A stretch of 35,127 nt of DNA from a virus. Lineage: Duplodnaviria; Caudoviricetes. The notes beneath the pieces were generated by a model. It did no database searches. It was not told where the DNA came from and saw only the letters and a list, made by a program, of their open reading frames with translations. Made by a program: the position numbers and the translations under genes. The stretch is taken from the IMG/VR virus record IMGVR_UViG_3300025018_000339, positions 1 through 35,127 of that record; one strand, 5' to 3'. Shown in pieces: positions 27,825-35,127 of this stretch; within the stretch, counting starts at the first letter, position 1; every line of letters begins with the position of its first letter.

Positions 27825-29255
27825 ATGGCGGTAAACTCAGAACTCTACAAGGTGGCGTATGACACCGACGGAACAACCGGCCCCTTTGCCATAACGTTCC
27901 CGGTTAGGCTTGACGACGCGAACGCGGCGCGGGATGTTGTTGTGTACTACAGGACGGCCGCAGGGGTTGAAACGGACATCACCTCTACCTGTACGATTGC
28001 GGGGCTAAACGTGACCCTCGGCACGGCTTACGCGGCAGGCGGGAAGATTTCTATTGTCCGGGACCCGGACCTGAAACAACTCTCAACCTACTCATACGGG
28101 ACAAAGTTCCCCGCTTCTCAGTTCGAGGCAGACCTTGACTATTCTATGTACGGATTGCAGAAGGTATACTCGCAGACTGCGCGGTCTTTAAAGACGCCGA
28201 TCACAGATGATGACGCGGATATGACCATTCCCAACGAAGACGAAAGGAAGGGAAAGTTTTTGTCTTTCAATGTGACAACAGGACTCCCCCAGGCATCAGA
28301 GGGAAGCGGGACGCCTGTCTCTACCTTTATGGCAACAGTCGTGGACGATGAGGACGGCCCTTCCGCCCTTGTTACTCTTGGCGCGACAAAGAGAATGATC
28401 CAGCTTTCAAAACCCGTCGGTGAACTCTTCTCCCTTGAGGACTATGTTGCACCGAAAGCCTTTGACTCTGCGGCTGCCCTTGTGGAAACGAATATGCAAA
28501 CGGATATCTATTTCCCTGCAAAGTGTATCGACGTTCTCGACACGTACGAGGACATCACGACGACAAACTATCCGTATCTCGTGCCGAAACTCCGGGCAAA
28601 ACCATTAGAATATCTGAAAGGATTGACGGGCGGAGCCAGCACCTTTACCTTGACGACATGGGCGATATCTTCGAATGTGGCAACATTGACCTTTGCAAAT
28701 GCGGCCCCCGAAAATGCAGTCCTTGCGATCATTGCTGAAATGAAACTCTCCGTTGATGATTACCCCGTGGTAACAATCGGCGAGACAATCGGGACCATTC
28801 CAGCGGGAGACTATAGGATTACAGGATGCACCCCGTCCTCAAGGATAATCACCTTTGCTTGCGTTGCATCGAACGGAACCGACGCAACGACCGACACGGT
28901 GACGTTCTTTCCTCACAAGGTCGTAGGCTCTACCACCTCGGCACGGCTCTACGGAGCGAAGGGCATGGCGGTTATCTCGGCGGGTACGGCTTTGCAGATG
29001 AGCGGAGCGGTGGCGCGGGACTTTTTGCAGGGGCATTGGCATTTAATCGTGAATAACAGCGAGACATCTACTACAGATACGGGGTTAGCGGGTGGGGCTA
29101 TTACAGGGTGGTCATTAGCTGGCGGGGGCTCTGCACAAGCAAGAGCTTTTTTAACCGACGGCGTCAACGGCACCCCGCGCACCGGCACGACAACCCGCCC
29201 GCGCTCAATAACCGCCCATCTCTACATATGGGCTGGCGACTACATAGCAAGTTAA
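27825..29255 (+). CDS. tail fibre / receptor-binding protein
   Basis: T7-gp17-like N-terminal anchor (DGTTGPFAITF...FEADLD); tip with QGHWH and DGVNGTPRTG...TRPRS. Confidence 0.85.
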   Translation: MAVNSELYKVAYDTDGTTGPFAITFPVRLDDANAARDVVVYYRTAAGVETDITSTCTIAGLNVTLGTAYAAGGKISIVRDPDLKQLSTYSYGTKFPASQFEADLDYSMYGLQKVYSQTARSLKTPITDDDADMTIPNEDERKGKFLSFNVTTGLPQASEGSGTPVSTFMATVVDDEDGPSALVTLGATKRMIQLSKPVGELFSLEDYVAPKAFDSAAALVETNMQTDIYFPAKCIDVLDTYEDITTTNYPYLVPKLRAKPLEYLKGLTGGASTFTLTTWAISSNVATLTFANAAPENAVLAIIAEMKLSVDDYPVVTIGETIGTIPAGDYRITGCTPSSRIITFACVASNGTDATTDTVTFFPHKVVGSTTSARLYGAKGMAVISAGTALQMSGAVARDFLQGHWHLIVNNSETSTTDTGLAGGAITGWSLAGGGSAQARAFLTDGVNGTPRTGTTTRPRSITAHLYIWAGDYIAS

Positions 29256-29265
29256 GGAGACACGA

Positions 29266-29475
29266 ATGTTTACACTAAGACTCATCGACCCTGAAGGGAA
29301 GGTCACCATGGAACAGGTTGTTGACAAGGAAGAGTACGAAGGCTTTGCCCTTGACCAAATCAGAGCCTATGACTACACGGTACAACTGAAGAACCAGGAA
29401 TACAAACTCGATAAGGCTGAGAAGAAATGGCGTTACGAGAAGATAGAACCCGAAGCGAAGGATCTCGAAAAATGA
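29266..29475 (+). CDS. small hypothetical protein, possible fibre chaperone
   Basis: AAGGAG RBS directly after the fibre gene. Confidence 0.7.
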   Translation: MFTLRLIDPEGKVTMEQVVDKEEYEGFALDQIRAYDYTVQLKNQEYKLDKAEKKWRYEKIEPEAKDLEK

Positions 29476-29729
29476 CAATTGCCGAAAGGGTGAACGGGCT
29501 AACAATCTGGCGTGACGGGAACGGCGCACCGGGAGCGGAAGAAAGGATTCGCAAAGTTGAACAGATAGCCGATGACGTTAGAACGGGGAAAGCCTGTACA
29601 GCCGCTAAACTGTTAGAGGCTATTAGCGGAGATGTGAAAAAGCTCAACAAATGGTTTTTCCTTATGACCGTATTTATGGCCGCTCTTGTCGGCGACAGGA
29701 TATTGAGTTTCTTATCACTTATTAAATAG
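29472..29729 (+). CDS. membrane protein with C-terminal TM (holin/antiholin-like)
   Basis: ATGA overlap; coiled coil then WFFLMTVFMAALVG...; upstream of the endolysin. Confidence 0.65.
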   Translation: MTIAERVNGLTIWRDGNGAPGAEERIRKVEQIADDVRTGKACTAAKLLEAISGDVKKLNKWFFLMTVFMAALVGDRILSFLSLIK

Positions 29730-29739
29730 GGGGCAAATC

Positions 29740-30167
29740 ATGGGGTAAACAGAAGCGTCTATTCTCTTCAGCCAGATGTGAGGGACAAGGCTTTAGCATT
29801 CTTTGAATCACTTAATGAGGCCGGGATTCTCTTCTACACGCTTGAGACTTTAAGGTCAAAAGAGATCCAGGAAGCCTACTATGCTCAAGGCAGGGAACCA
29901 CTTGGAGACGTAAACCTGAAGAGGCGAAAAGCTGGCCTATGGGACATAGGAGAGGCCGAGAACAAGCGCAAAATAACATGGACGCTGAAAAGCAACCACC
30001 TGACAGGCCGGGCGTTGGACGTTGCACCGCGGACGAAAGACTACAAAATCATGTGGGGCGCCCCTTTCGAGGAATGGGAAAAGATCGGGGTGATCGGCGA
30101 GTCTCACGGGTTCTCATGGGGCGGACGGTGGAAAGAAGCCGACCTTCCGCATTTTGAAATGGTATAG
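29740..30167 (+). CDS. endolysin, M15 family peptidase; RBS-linked ATG is out of frame
   Basis: ETLRS..Q...YAQGR, SNHLTGRALD, WGGRW, DLPHFE motifs; ATG 29740 reads ATG GGG TAA, and the next in-frame start is GTG 29778. Confidence 0.88.
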
Positions 30168-30175
30168 GAGAATGT

Positions 30176-30433
30176 ATGGACATACTAACTTTAGGCGTTA
30201 ATACGGGAATCATCGGGGCAATCATCGCCTTGACCGAAGTTGTAAAGGGATTCGACAAAGAAGGCAAACTGAAAAGGTTTTATATTCTTATCCCTACGGT
30301 ACTCGGATCCCTTGCAGCCCTATTCAAGACCGTGCCTTTAACGTGGCAAGGGTACGGGGAAAGCTGGCTAATATTTGTCGGCTTGTCGATTTACATATTC
30401 AAAGCAGGAAAGACGACTTTATTAGGGAGGTAA
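30176..30433 (+). CDS. holin
   Basis: 85 aa, three hydrophobic segments, basic C-terminus, after the endolysin. Confidence 0.75.
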   Translation: MDILTLGVNTGIIGAIIALTEVVKGFDKEGKLKRFYILIPTVLGSLAALFKTVPLTWQGYGESWLIFVGLSIYIFKAGKTTLLGR

Positions 30434-30434
30434 T

Positions 30435-30821
30435 ATGCAATGGCAAAATGGATCAAGATTATTTGCGGTAGTTTTATTGGCGGTCTTTTCTTTGCTCTTG
30501 CCGTCCTTCGTAAATGGGGAGGAGGAGAAAGCGTACATACTGACACAGGAACAGATGATGCAGTTAGACGCGGTATTCAACGGGCTTCAGATGGAGAACG
30601 AAGGATTGCAGAGCGACTTGAGCGAAGCGAAGACATTATTATCCGAAGCGAAAGCCGAGTTAAAAGAAGTGAAGAGCTTATTGACGAAGGCCGCGACATC
30701 CTTCGAAGAGTCCGTGAAAGCGCAAGCCGCGACCCTCTCGATGGCTCGGACTGATGCGGTAATCTGGAAGGTGGTAGCAGGAGTTTTTGCTACTGCCACG
30801 CTGTATCTCGCTATCCGATAA
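30435..30821 (+). CDS. spanin-like protein A (signal peptide, coiled coil, C-terminal hydrophobic anchor)
   Basis: LFAVVLLAVFSLLLPSFVNG leader, heptad repeats, VIWKVVAGVFATATLYLAIR; no Cys. Confidence 0.7.
   Translation: MQWQNGSRLFAVVLLAVFSLLLPSFVNGEEEKAYILTQEQMMQLDAVFNGLQMENEGLQSDLSEAKTLLSEAKAELKEVKSLLTKAATSFEESVKAQAATLSMARTDAVIWKVVAGVFATATLYLAIR
30440..30754 (+). CDS. spanin-like protein B nested inside A (N-terminal TM plus coiled coil)
   Basis: MAKWIKIICGSFIGGLFFALAVLRK TM then a charged helix; shares the GGGAGG RBS. Confidence 0.65.
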   Translation: MAKWIKIICGSFIGGLFFALAVLRKWGGGESVHTDTGTDDAVRRGIQRASDGERRIAERLERSEDIIIRSESRVKRSEELIDEGRDILRRVRESASRDPLDGSD

Positions 30822-30831
30822 AGGAGCAATT

Positions 30832-31569
30832 TTGCAAGCAGGGATAATCATTACAGACCGTCACCACAGGGCGGACGAACCTTTTCATCCGTCCTATACT
30901 TTAGTTAAGAAGTTCGCCGAGTATTTCAAGCCAGACTTTGTTGTAGACTTGGGCGATACTATTGATCTGACGTATTTCTCTACTTTCGACAAAGACAGTA
31001 TAACAGCCCAAAGTGAAGGTGATTGGGAAGCCGACGTTGATCTTGTAAATAAAGAGCTTGATTGGTGGATGCAAAATGTGACCACAAACTATAGCTGGAT
31101 TTTAGGTAACCACGATTGGCGGGCGCACAAGAAAGCCGAGCGCATGGAGCCGCCTTTCAGGAAGACTCTTGACTATGCCCGCCGGTTCGACGTAAAAGGC
31201 CGGGGCATCACCATGCTGACACCTGAAGACCGGCCCTTAAAAATCGGTAAGCTGAACATGATCCACGGTTGGTTCTATAATCAGTACCATGCCCGGAAGC
31301 ACTTAGATGTTTACTCCGGGAATATTGTCTATGGCCACGTTCACACCTTCCAGACCCACGCGAAGGAACTTGTAGCAGAGGGAAAACAGATACAGGCATG
31401 GAGTTTGGGTTGCTTGTCGAATAAACAGCCGGATTATCTACAAGGCAAGCCTTCACAATGGAAGAACGGTTTTGCGGTTGTCTACATGAACGCATCAGGG
31501 AACTTTAATCTCTACCCGGTGAACATAGTGAATGACTCATTTATTTTCGAGGGGAAGGAGTGGAAATAG
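30832..31569 (+). CDS. calcineurin-like metallophosphoesterase
   Basis: TDRH, LGDTID, GNHD, IHG, GHVH motifs; AAGGAG RBS before TTG 30832. Confidence 0.9.
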   Translation: MQAGIIITDRHHRADEPFHPSYTLVKKFAEYFKPDFVVDLGDTIDLTYFSTFDKDSITAQSEGDWEADVDLVNKELDWWMQNVTTNYSWILGNHDWRAHKKAERMEPPFRKTLDYARRFDVKGRGITMLTPEDRPLKIGKLNMIHGWFYNQYHARKHLDVYSGNIVYGHVHTFQTHAKELVAEGKQIQAWSLGCLSNKQPDYLQGKPSQWKNGFAVVYMNASGNFNLYPVNIVNDSFIFEGKEWK

Positions 31570-32274
31570 CTACTCAAGGACAACCTCTTTAGTCCCTCCG
31601 CCTATCCACCTGTGCGGCGCAAGTTCAGGATAGTCCATGTCCCGTGTTTCCACATCCATGGTCATGTAATTATGAGCTAAACAATAGTTATACCAGCCGA
31701 CAGGATCGGAAGGCTCAATGGCCTGAATGTCATAGTCGTACATCAGGTTATTGTCCTTGTCCAAAATGTAGAAGTGAAGCAACGGCACAACGGGTTCTTT
31801 ATTCTCAGGGACATACGGGGGAATGTACCGAGGAATAGCGATGTAATCAAACTCTTTCCCCTCGTACTCGTAGAGTTCTTTCGTGACGATACACGCCCTC
31901 ATCATGGTGTACCATTCATCTTGTTTAATCGAGTACTCTATGATGCTCTTATCCCCGTAGAACATATAGAAACTCCCCTCTGTTGTGCAGAACTTCGCCG
32001 CAGGGTCGTCCGTGGCGACAATGTTTTTTGACACCACGGCTTCACGGATTATCCACGCACCCAGGGCAACGTCATACAAATACTCAGGGACAGGGATAGG
32101 TTGACGCAGAAGCACTTCAGGACTTGCAGGGTCATAGGGAACTTCAGGGACTGTCGGAGTCTCAGGAGTCGCCGGGGAATCGGGAACCGCAGGATCACCG
32201 ATGATGTCATCACTTCCCATCGAACACGCAAAGAATAAGGCTATGATGCACAAAATTGTAATTAGCCTTTTCAT
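31570..32274 (-). CDS. lipoprotein (moron-like; possible superinfection exclusion or host conversion)
   Basis: MKRLITILCIIALFFA-C lipobox, Pro-rich tether, own RBS and promoter; only well-supported minus-strand gene. Confidence 0.85.
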   Translation of the reverse strand: MKRLITILCIIALFFACSMGSDDIIGDPAVPDSPATPETPTVPEVPYDPASPEVLLRQPIPVPEYLYDVALGAWIIREAVVSKNIVATDDPAAKFCTTEGSFYMFYGDKSIIEYSIKQDEWYTMMRACIVTKELYEYEGKEFDYIAIPRYIPPYVPENKEPVVPLLHFYILDKDNNLMYDYDIQAIEPSDPVGWYNYCLAHNYMTMDVETRDMDYPELAPHRWIGGGTKEVVLE

Positions 32275-32293
32275 CTTCTCACCTCTTACCGCA

Positions 32294-32322
32294 ATTTTAT
32301 CACATCACGAAATGAATTGCAA
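32294..32322 (-). promoter_or_regulatory. sigma70 promoter for the lipoprotein
   Basis: Minus strand TTGCAA-17 nt-TAAAAT with extended TG. Confidence 0.8.
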
Positions 32323-32343
32323 TACCTAATAACACCTTAAACC

Positions 32344-32370
32344 GTCAGGAGTATATATCATATTCCTGAC
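32344..32370. repeat. inverted repeat between divergent promoters (operator or hairpin)
   Basis: GTCAGGAGTAT-ATATC-ATATTCCTGAC. Confidence 0.65.
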
Positions 32371-32427
32371 TCACATCTTCTCTAATTCAATACCAGCGCT
32401 ATAATTATGCCCTCATGCCATCCTCAC

Positions 32428-32489
32428 TTTTAAATAATTAAAAAATAATTAAAATATTTGTTGACATGGGCCGATACAGGGTATATGAT
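32428..32489 (+). promoter_or_regulatory. strong early promoter with AT-rich UP element
   Basis: TTGACA(32461)-17 nt-TATGAT(32484), preceded by an A/T tract. Confidence 0.85.
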
Positions 32490-32496
32490 GAAAAAC

Positions 32497-32736
32497 ATGA
32501 AAACCAAATCGTACAAAGCCATTGTGATCTCCGAGGAGAATCAAAGGCTTATCAAGCAGCTTGCGAAACGTGACGGGCGGTCCTTCGCAAGGGAGGCTGG
32601 TGTTGTTTTAGAGTTAGGTCTACAGTTTATGGAAGGCCGATCGATAGAGCACGTTGCCGAGGTCATGGCGTGGGGAGAGGGGGAAGTCGCCGAGTTGGTC
32701 GGCAAAGGAGAAACGTATGCAAATAAAAGTATCTGA
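32497..32736 (+). CDS. ribbon-helix-helix (Arc/CopG-like) regulator, probably leaderless
   Basis: YKAIVIS strand, EENQRLIKQLAKRDGRSFAREA helices; ATG 7 nt after the -10 box and no SD. Confidence 0.7.
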   Translation: MKTKSYKAIVISEENQRLIKQLAKRDGRSFAREAGVVLELGLQFMEGRSIEHVAEVMAWGEGEVAELVGKGETYANKSI

Positions 32737-33715
32737 CCTGAAGGCGAACCCGTTTCGCAGAATCGACAAGTACCCTATTGATAGGGCAAAGGTTGACGCC
32801 CTCAAGATATCCATAGGGATATCAGATTATTGGGGAACAATACCTGTCCGCAAGGTTGAAGACGGGTATGAAATACCTTTCGGCCACCATAGAGTTGCAG
32901 CCCTGAGAGAACTTGGAATTGAATACATCGAAGCACAGGTTAAGGATTTTACAGACGAACGGATGCTTCACATGATGGCTGAAGAAAACATGCATGTTTA
33001 CAAGTCCGACCCCAGGATTATCATCGAAACCGTTTCTGTCGCCAAAGAGTTTATTGATGCGGAGCTTGCTAAGTATGGGAGTTGGGAGGAGTTTCGTTCT
33101 GCTAAAAATAGCATCCAAATATCTGATTCTCATGCCTTTGCCAATCTTAAACGTCAAGGTTCCGGTCGCAACATCATCACCGCCTTCCTCGGTGCTAACT
33201 GGAAACCGTGGATGGTCGAACAATCTCTAAGAATCACAAAAGACGAAAATATTGAAATAAAAGCAATAGAAAAGTTCCCCACTCTCCAACAAGCACGGGC
33301 TTTCAGGGAGGAAGTAAACCGGCATGGAATACCTAAAGAAGAGCAAGAAGCCCTTGCTGACAAGATCGTAGAAGAAGAACAGTCTTCCATCCGCAAGATA
33401 CCAAAAGCCGTGCAGGAGTATGTCAGAGAGAAGAGAAACGAAATAATCGTTTCTGAGATTGGGAAGGAACTGCCAGTTGATAAAGAAGTTTCCAACTTGC
33501 TGACAAAGATCAAAACATCCATATCTTTGACAAGCGAACTCTCTTATGCGTATCAGTCCATTATCAACACAATGGACAAAATGAACGTCGAGGAACCGCA
33601 GGGAATAGAAGTGTTAGACCTTAAAAACAAGATCGTGACTTTGAAGAAAACAATTGAGCGATTAGAAAACAGACTTGGAATCAAAACAGGAGAATGGGAG
33701 GCAGAAGATGAGTAA
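32717..33715 (+). CDS. ParB/Srx-like N-terminal domain protein
   Basis: IKVSDLKANPF, YEIPFGHHRVAAL, EEN; AAGGAG RBS before ATG 32717. Confidence 0.85.
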   Translation: MQIKVSDLKANPFRRIDKYPIDRAKVDALKISIGISDYWGTIPVRKVEDGYEIPFGHHRVAALRELGIEYIEAQVKDFTDERMLHMMAEENMHVYKSDPRIIIETVSVAKEFIDAELAKYGSWEEFRSAKNSIQISDSHAFANLKRQGSGRNIITAFLGANWKPWMVEQSLRITKDENIEIKAIEKFPTLQQARAFREEVNRHGIPKEEQEALADKIVEEEQSSIRKIPKAVQEYVREKRNEIIVSEIGKELPVDKEVSNLLTKIKTSISLTSELSYAYQSIINTMDKMNVEEPQGIEVLDLKNKIVTLKKTIERLENRLGIKTGEWEAEDE

Positions 33716-34250
33716 TACAGTAGGTTCGAGAAATAGCAACTTTGATGTGGCGTATGAAGCGGTAAGGGACAATATGGTTATTGATGCCCTATATGAATGG
33801 GATGATCTTGCGTCCTCTTTTTTCAACCTTGAAGTACCAGCGGAGGGGGACTATAAGGAACAAATGGTTTATGTGTTACTTAGGAACCGCATACTCAAAG
33901 CAATAAACGAACGCTGTACTCATAACATGGATAACTGGAGAATCTATGTTGAAAGCATTGGCAAGACAATAGTTAAAAAAGAAAACAAGGAGATGATCAA
34001 CAGCGAGATGGTCAAAAGAATGACACGAGTTGCATCTGCTATGAACCTTATTCTTAACAATCTTAAACCGATGATCGGAGCCGATGGAATTGACGGGAAG
34101 GATAGAAAGGTTCTTCGCCAAATGCGGAGCCTTGCCCTTGGAGCATCAATGTCTATCCGTGGGGGGATTGTTTCAATGCCGGGATTCACCAAGAGCCAGA
34201 AACTTATGTTGACATCAAAACTACCGAGCGAAGATGGAGACGTTGAGTAG
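33708..34250 (+). CDS. hypothetical protein
   Basis: GGGAGG RBS; coupled to the ParB-like gene. Confidence 0.75.
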   Translation: MSNTVGSRNSNFDVAYEAVRDNMVIDALYEWDDLASSFFNLEVPAEGDYKEQMVYVLLRNRILKAINERCTHNMDNWRIYVESIGKTIVKKENKEMINSEMVKRMTRVASAMNLILNNLKPMIGADGIDGKDRKVLRQMRSLALGASMSIRGGIVSMPGFTKSQKLMLTSKLPSEDGDVE

Positions 34251-34251
34251 T

Positions 34252-34650
34252 ATGAAACCAGTTCCTAAACCTAAACGCAAACCAACCAGACGTGGAAAGG
34301 TAAAAAGACTTGACAACGCCTTTTCCATCTACATCCGCAACCGTGACAACTGGACGTGCCAGACCTGCGGGAGCATGGAAAAGATCAAGATGCAATGCGG
34401 ACACCTTTTCTCTCGTGTCGCCTACTCTACCCGATGGGATGAGAACAACGCCTATTGTCAGTGTGCATCTTGTAATCTCCGCCACGAGTACGACCCCGGC
34501 CCGCTTACCTTGCGGTTCTTCCGCGACCACAGCGAGGCCGAGTATGAAGCCTTGCACCAGAAGTTTAGGACACAGGCGAAGTTTAAAGACTTTGAGCTCG
34601 ACGCGATGATCAGGAGTTTCGAGGCACAGAACAAGGAGAACGAAGGATGA
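34252..34650 (+). CDS. ninG: NinG/Rap-like HNH endonuclease
   Basis: FSIYIRNRD..CQTCG...CGHLFSR...RWDENNAYCQCASCN. Confidence 0.85.
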   Translation: MKPVPKPKRKPTRRGKVKRLDNAFSIYIRNRDNWTCQTCGSMEKIKMQCGHLFSRVAYSTRWDENNAYCQCASCNLRHEYDPGPLTLRFFRDHSEAEYEALHQKFRTQAKFKDFELDAMIRSFEAQNKENEG

Positions 34651-35127
34651 AAACGGCCTATAAGTTTTTGCGTACAGGGCTTTTGTCAGATAGAGACAAG
34701 AGCCCTTGGGTTATCGGCGAGTGGAGGCAAGTTCCTGCCCCAACGGAGGAGTGCAAAGGTCTCAATGCCTCGCGGTACATCCAGGATGCCTTGAACTACG
34801 TGCAAGGCGAAATCCTGGCAAAAGTCGAGTATAAGGGCAAGGTTATCGAGGGAGATGATAAGCTAACCTGTGAGTATATGCGAGTTGTAAAGACATGGGA
34901 CTGGACAAAGGAAAAGTCGGTCAAGCTTGCGATTTACTCAGCAAGGCTTGTTTTGCCTATTTTCGAGCAGGGACACCCAAAAGACGACAGACCGAGGAGG
35001 GCAATAGAAGCGGCTGAAAAGTGGCTAAAGGAGCAGACGGAAGAAAACGCCGATGCCGCCAATGCCGCCGCCTATGCCGCCGTCTATGCCGCCGATGCCG
35101 CCGCCCGTGCCGCCGCCGATGCCGCCG
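34647..35127 (+). CDS. Imm5-like domain protein with Ala-rich repeats (3' truncated by window edge)
   Basis: ATGA overlap; MKTAYKFL...SARLVLPIFE..HPKDDRPRRAIEAA followed by (GCC)-rich repeats from 35049. Confidence 0.75.
   Translation, partial: MKTAYKFLRTGLLSDRDKSPWVIGEWRQVPAPTEECKGLNASRYIQDALNYVQGEILAKVEYKGKVIEGDDKLTCEYMRVVKTWDWTKEKSVKLAIYSARLVLPIFEQGHPKDDRPRRAIEAAEKWLKEQTEENADAANAAAYAAVYAADAAARAAADAA

Larger units (their letters stand above)
1..35127 (+). mobile_element. Podovirus-type phage/prophage genome segment (BPP-1-like virion gene order; probable spirochaete host)
   Basis: Co-oriented, tightly coupled replication, packaging, head, tail-tubular, ejection, fibre and lysis modules; no host housekeeping genes. 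Confidence 0.95.

Noticed and set aside
27825-29475. Diversity-generating retroelement expected from the BPP-1-like architecture
   Set aside because: No reverse transcriptase, no Avd and no TR/VR repeat pair differing at adenines were seen in the window
29727-29729. Genome-wide TAG reassignment or suppressor tRNA
   Set aside because: TAG ends several complete genes normally (ssb, endolysin, phosphoesterase); long genes are uninterrupted; no CTA-anticodon tRNA found

Overview
A 35-kb segment covering most of a tailed dsDNA phage or prophage with a short tail. Its virion module has a Bordetella BPP-1-like gene order: portal, Bbp19-like, scaffold, major capsid, Bbp16-like, tail tubular A/B, three ejection proteins, tail fibre. 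The SSB, tail-fibre tip and lipoprotein look spirochaetal, so a spirochaete host is inferred but not shown. Order on +: SSB; a promoter and structured attenuator-like leader; SNF2 helicase and N4/N6 MTase; replication initiator with an internal origin; a hairpin-rich RNA region ending in an aberrant Ala-identity tRNA-like element; UDP-galactopyranose mutase and a glycosyltransferase; TerS; a large terminase split into ATPase and nuclease genes with two inserted ORFs; a second glycosyltransferase next to the portal; head genes with an fMet-like tRNA before the capsid gene; tail and ejection genes; a lysis cassette; a metallophosphoesterase. These are followed by an opposite-strand lipoprotein moron, a divergent control region with a leaderless RHH regulator, ParB-like, NinG-like and a truncated Imm5-like Ala-repeat gene. 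No integrase, RT/DGR or CRISPR is visible. The most unusual items are the tRNA-like RNA/glf/glycosyltransferase cassette, the frameshifted endolysin start, the nested Cys-less spanin-like pair, the split terminase and the kissing-loop leader RNA. All family calls come from motif recognition by eye, not database searches.
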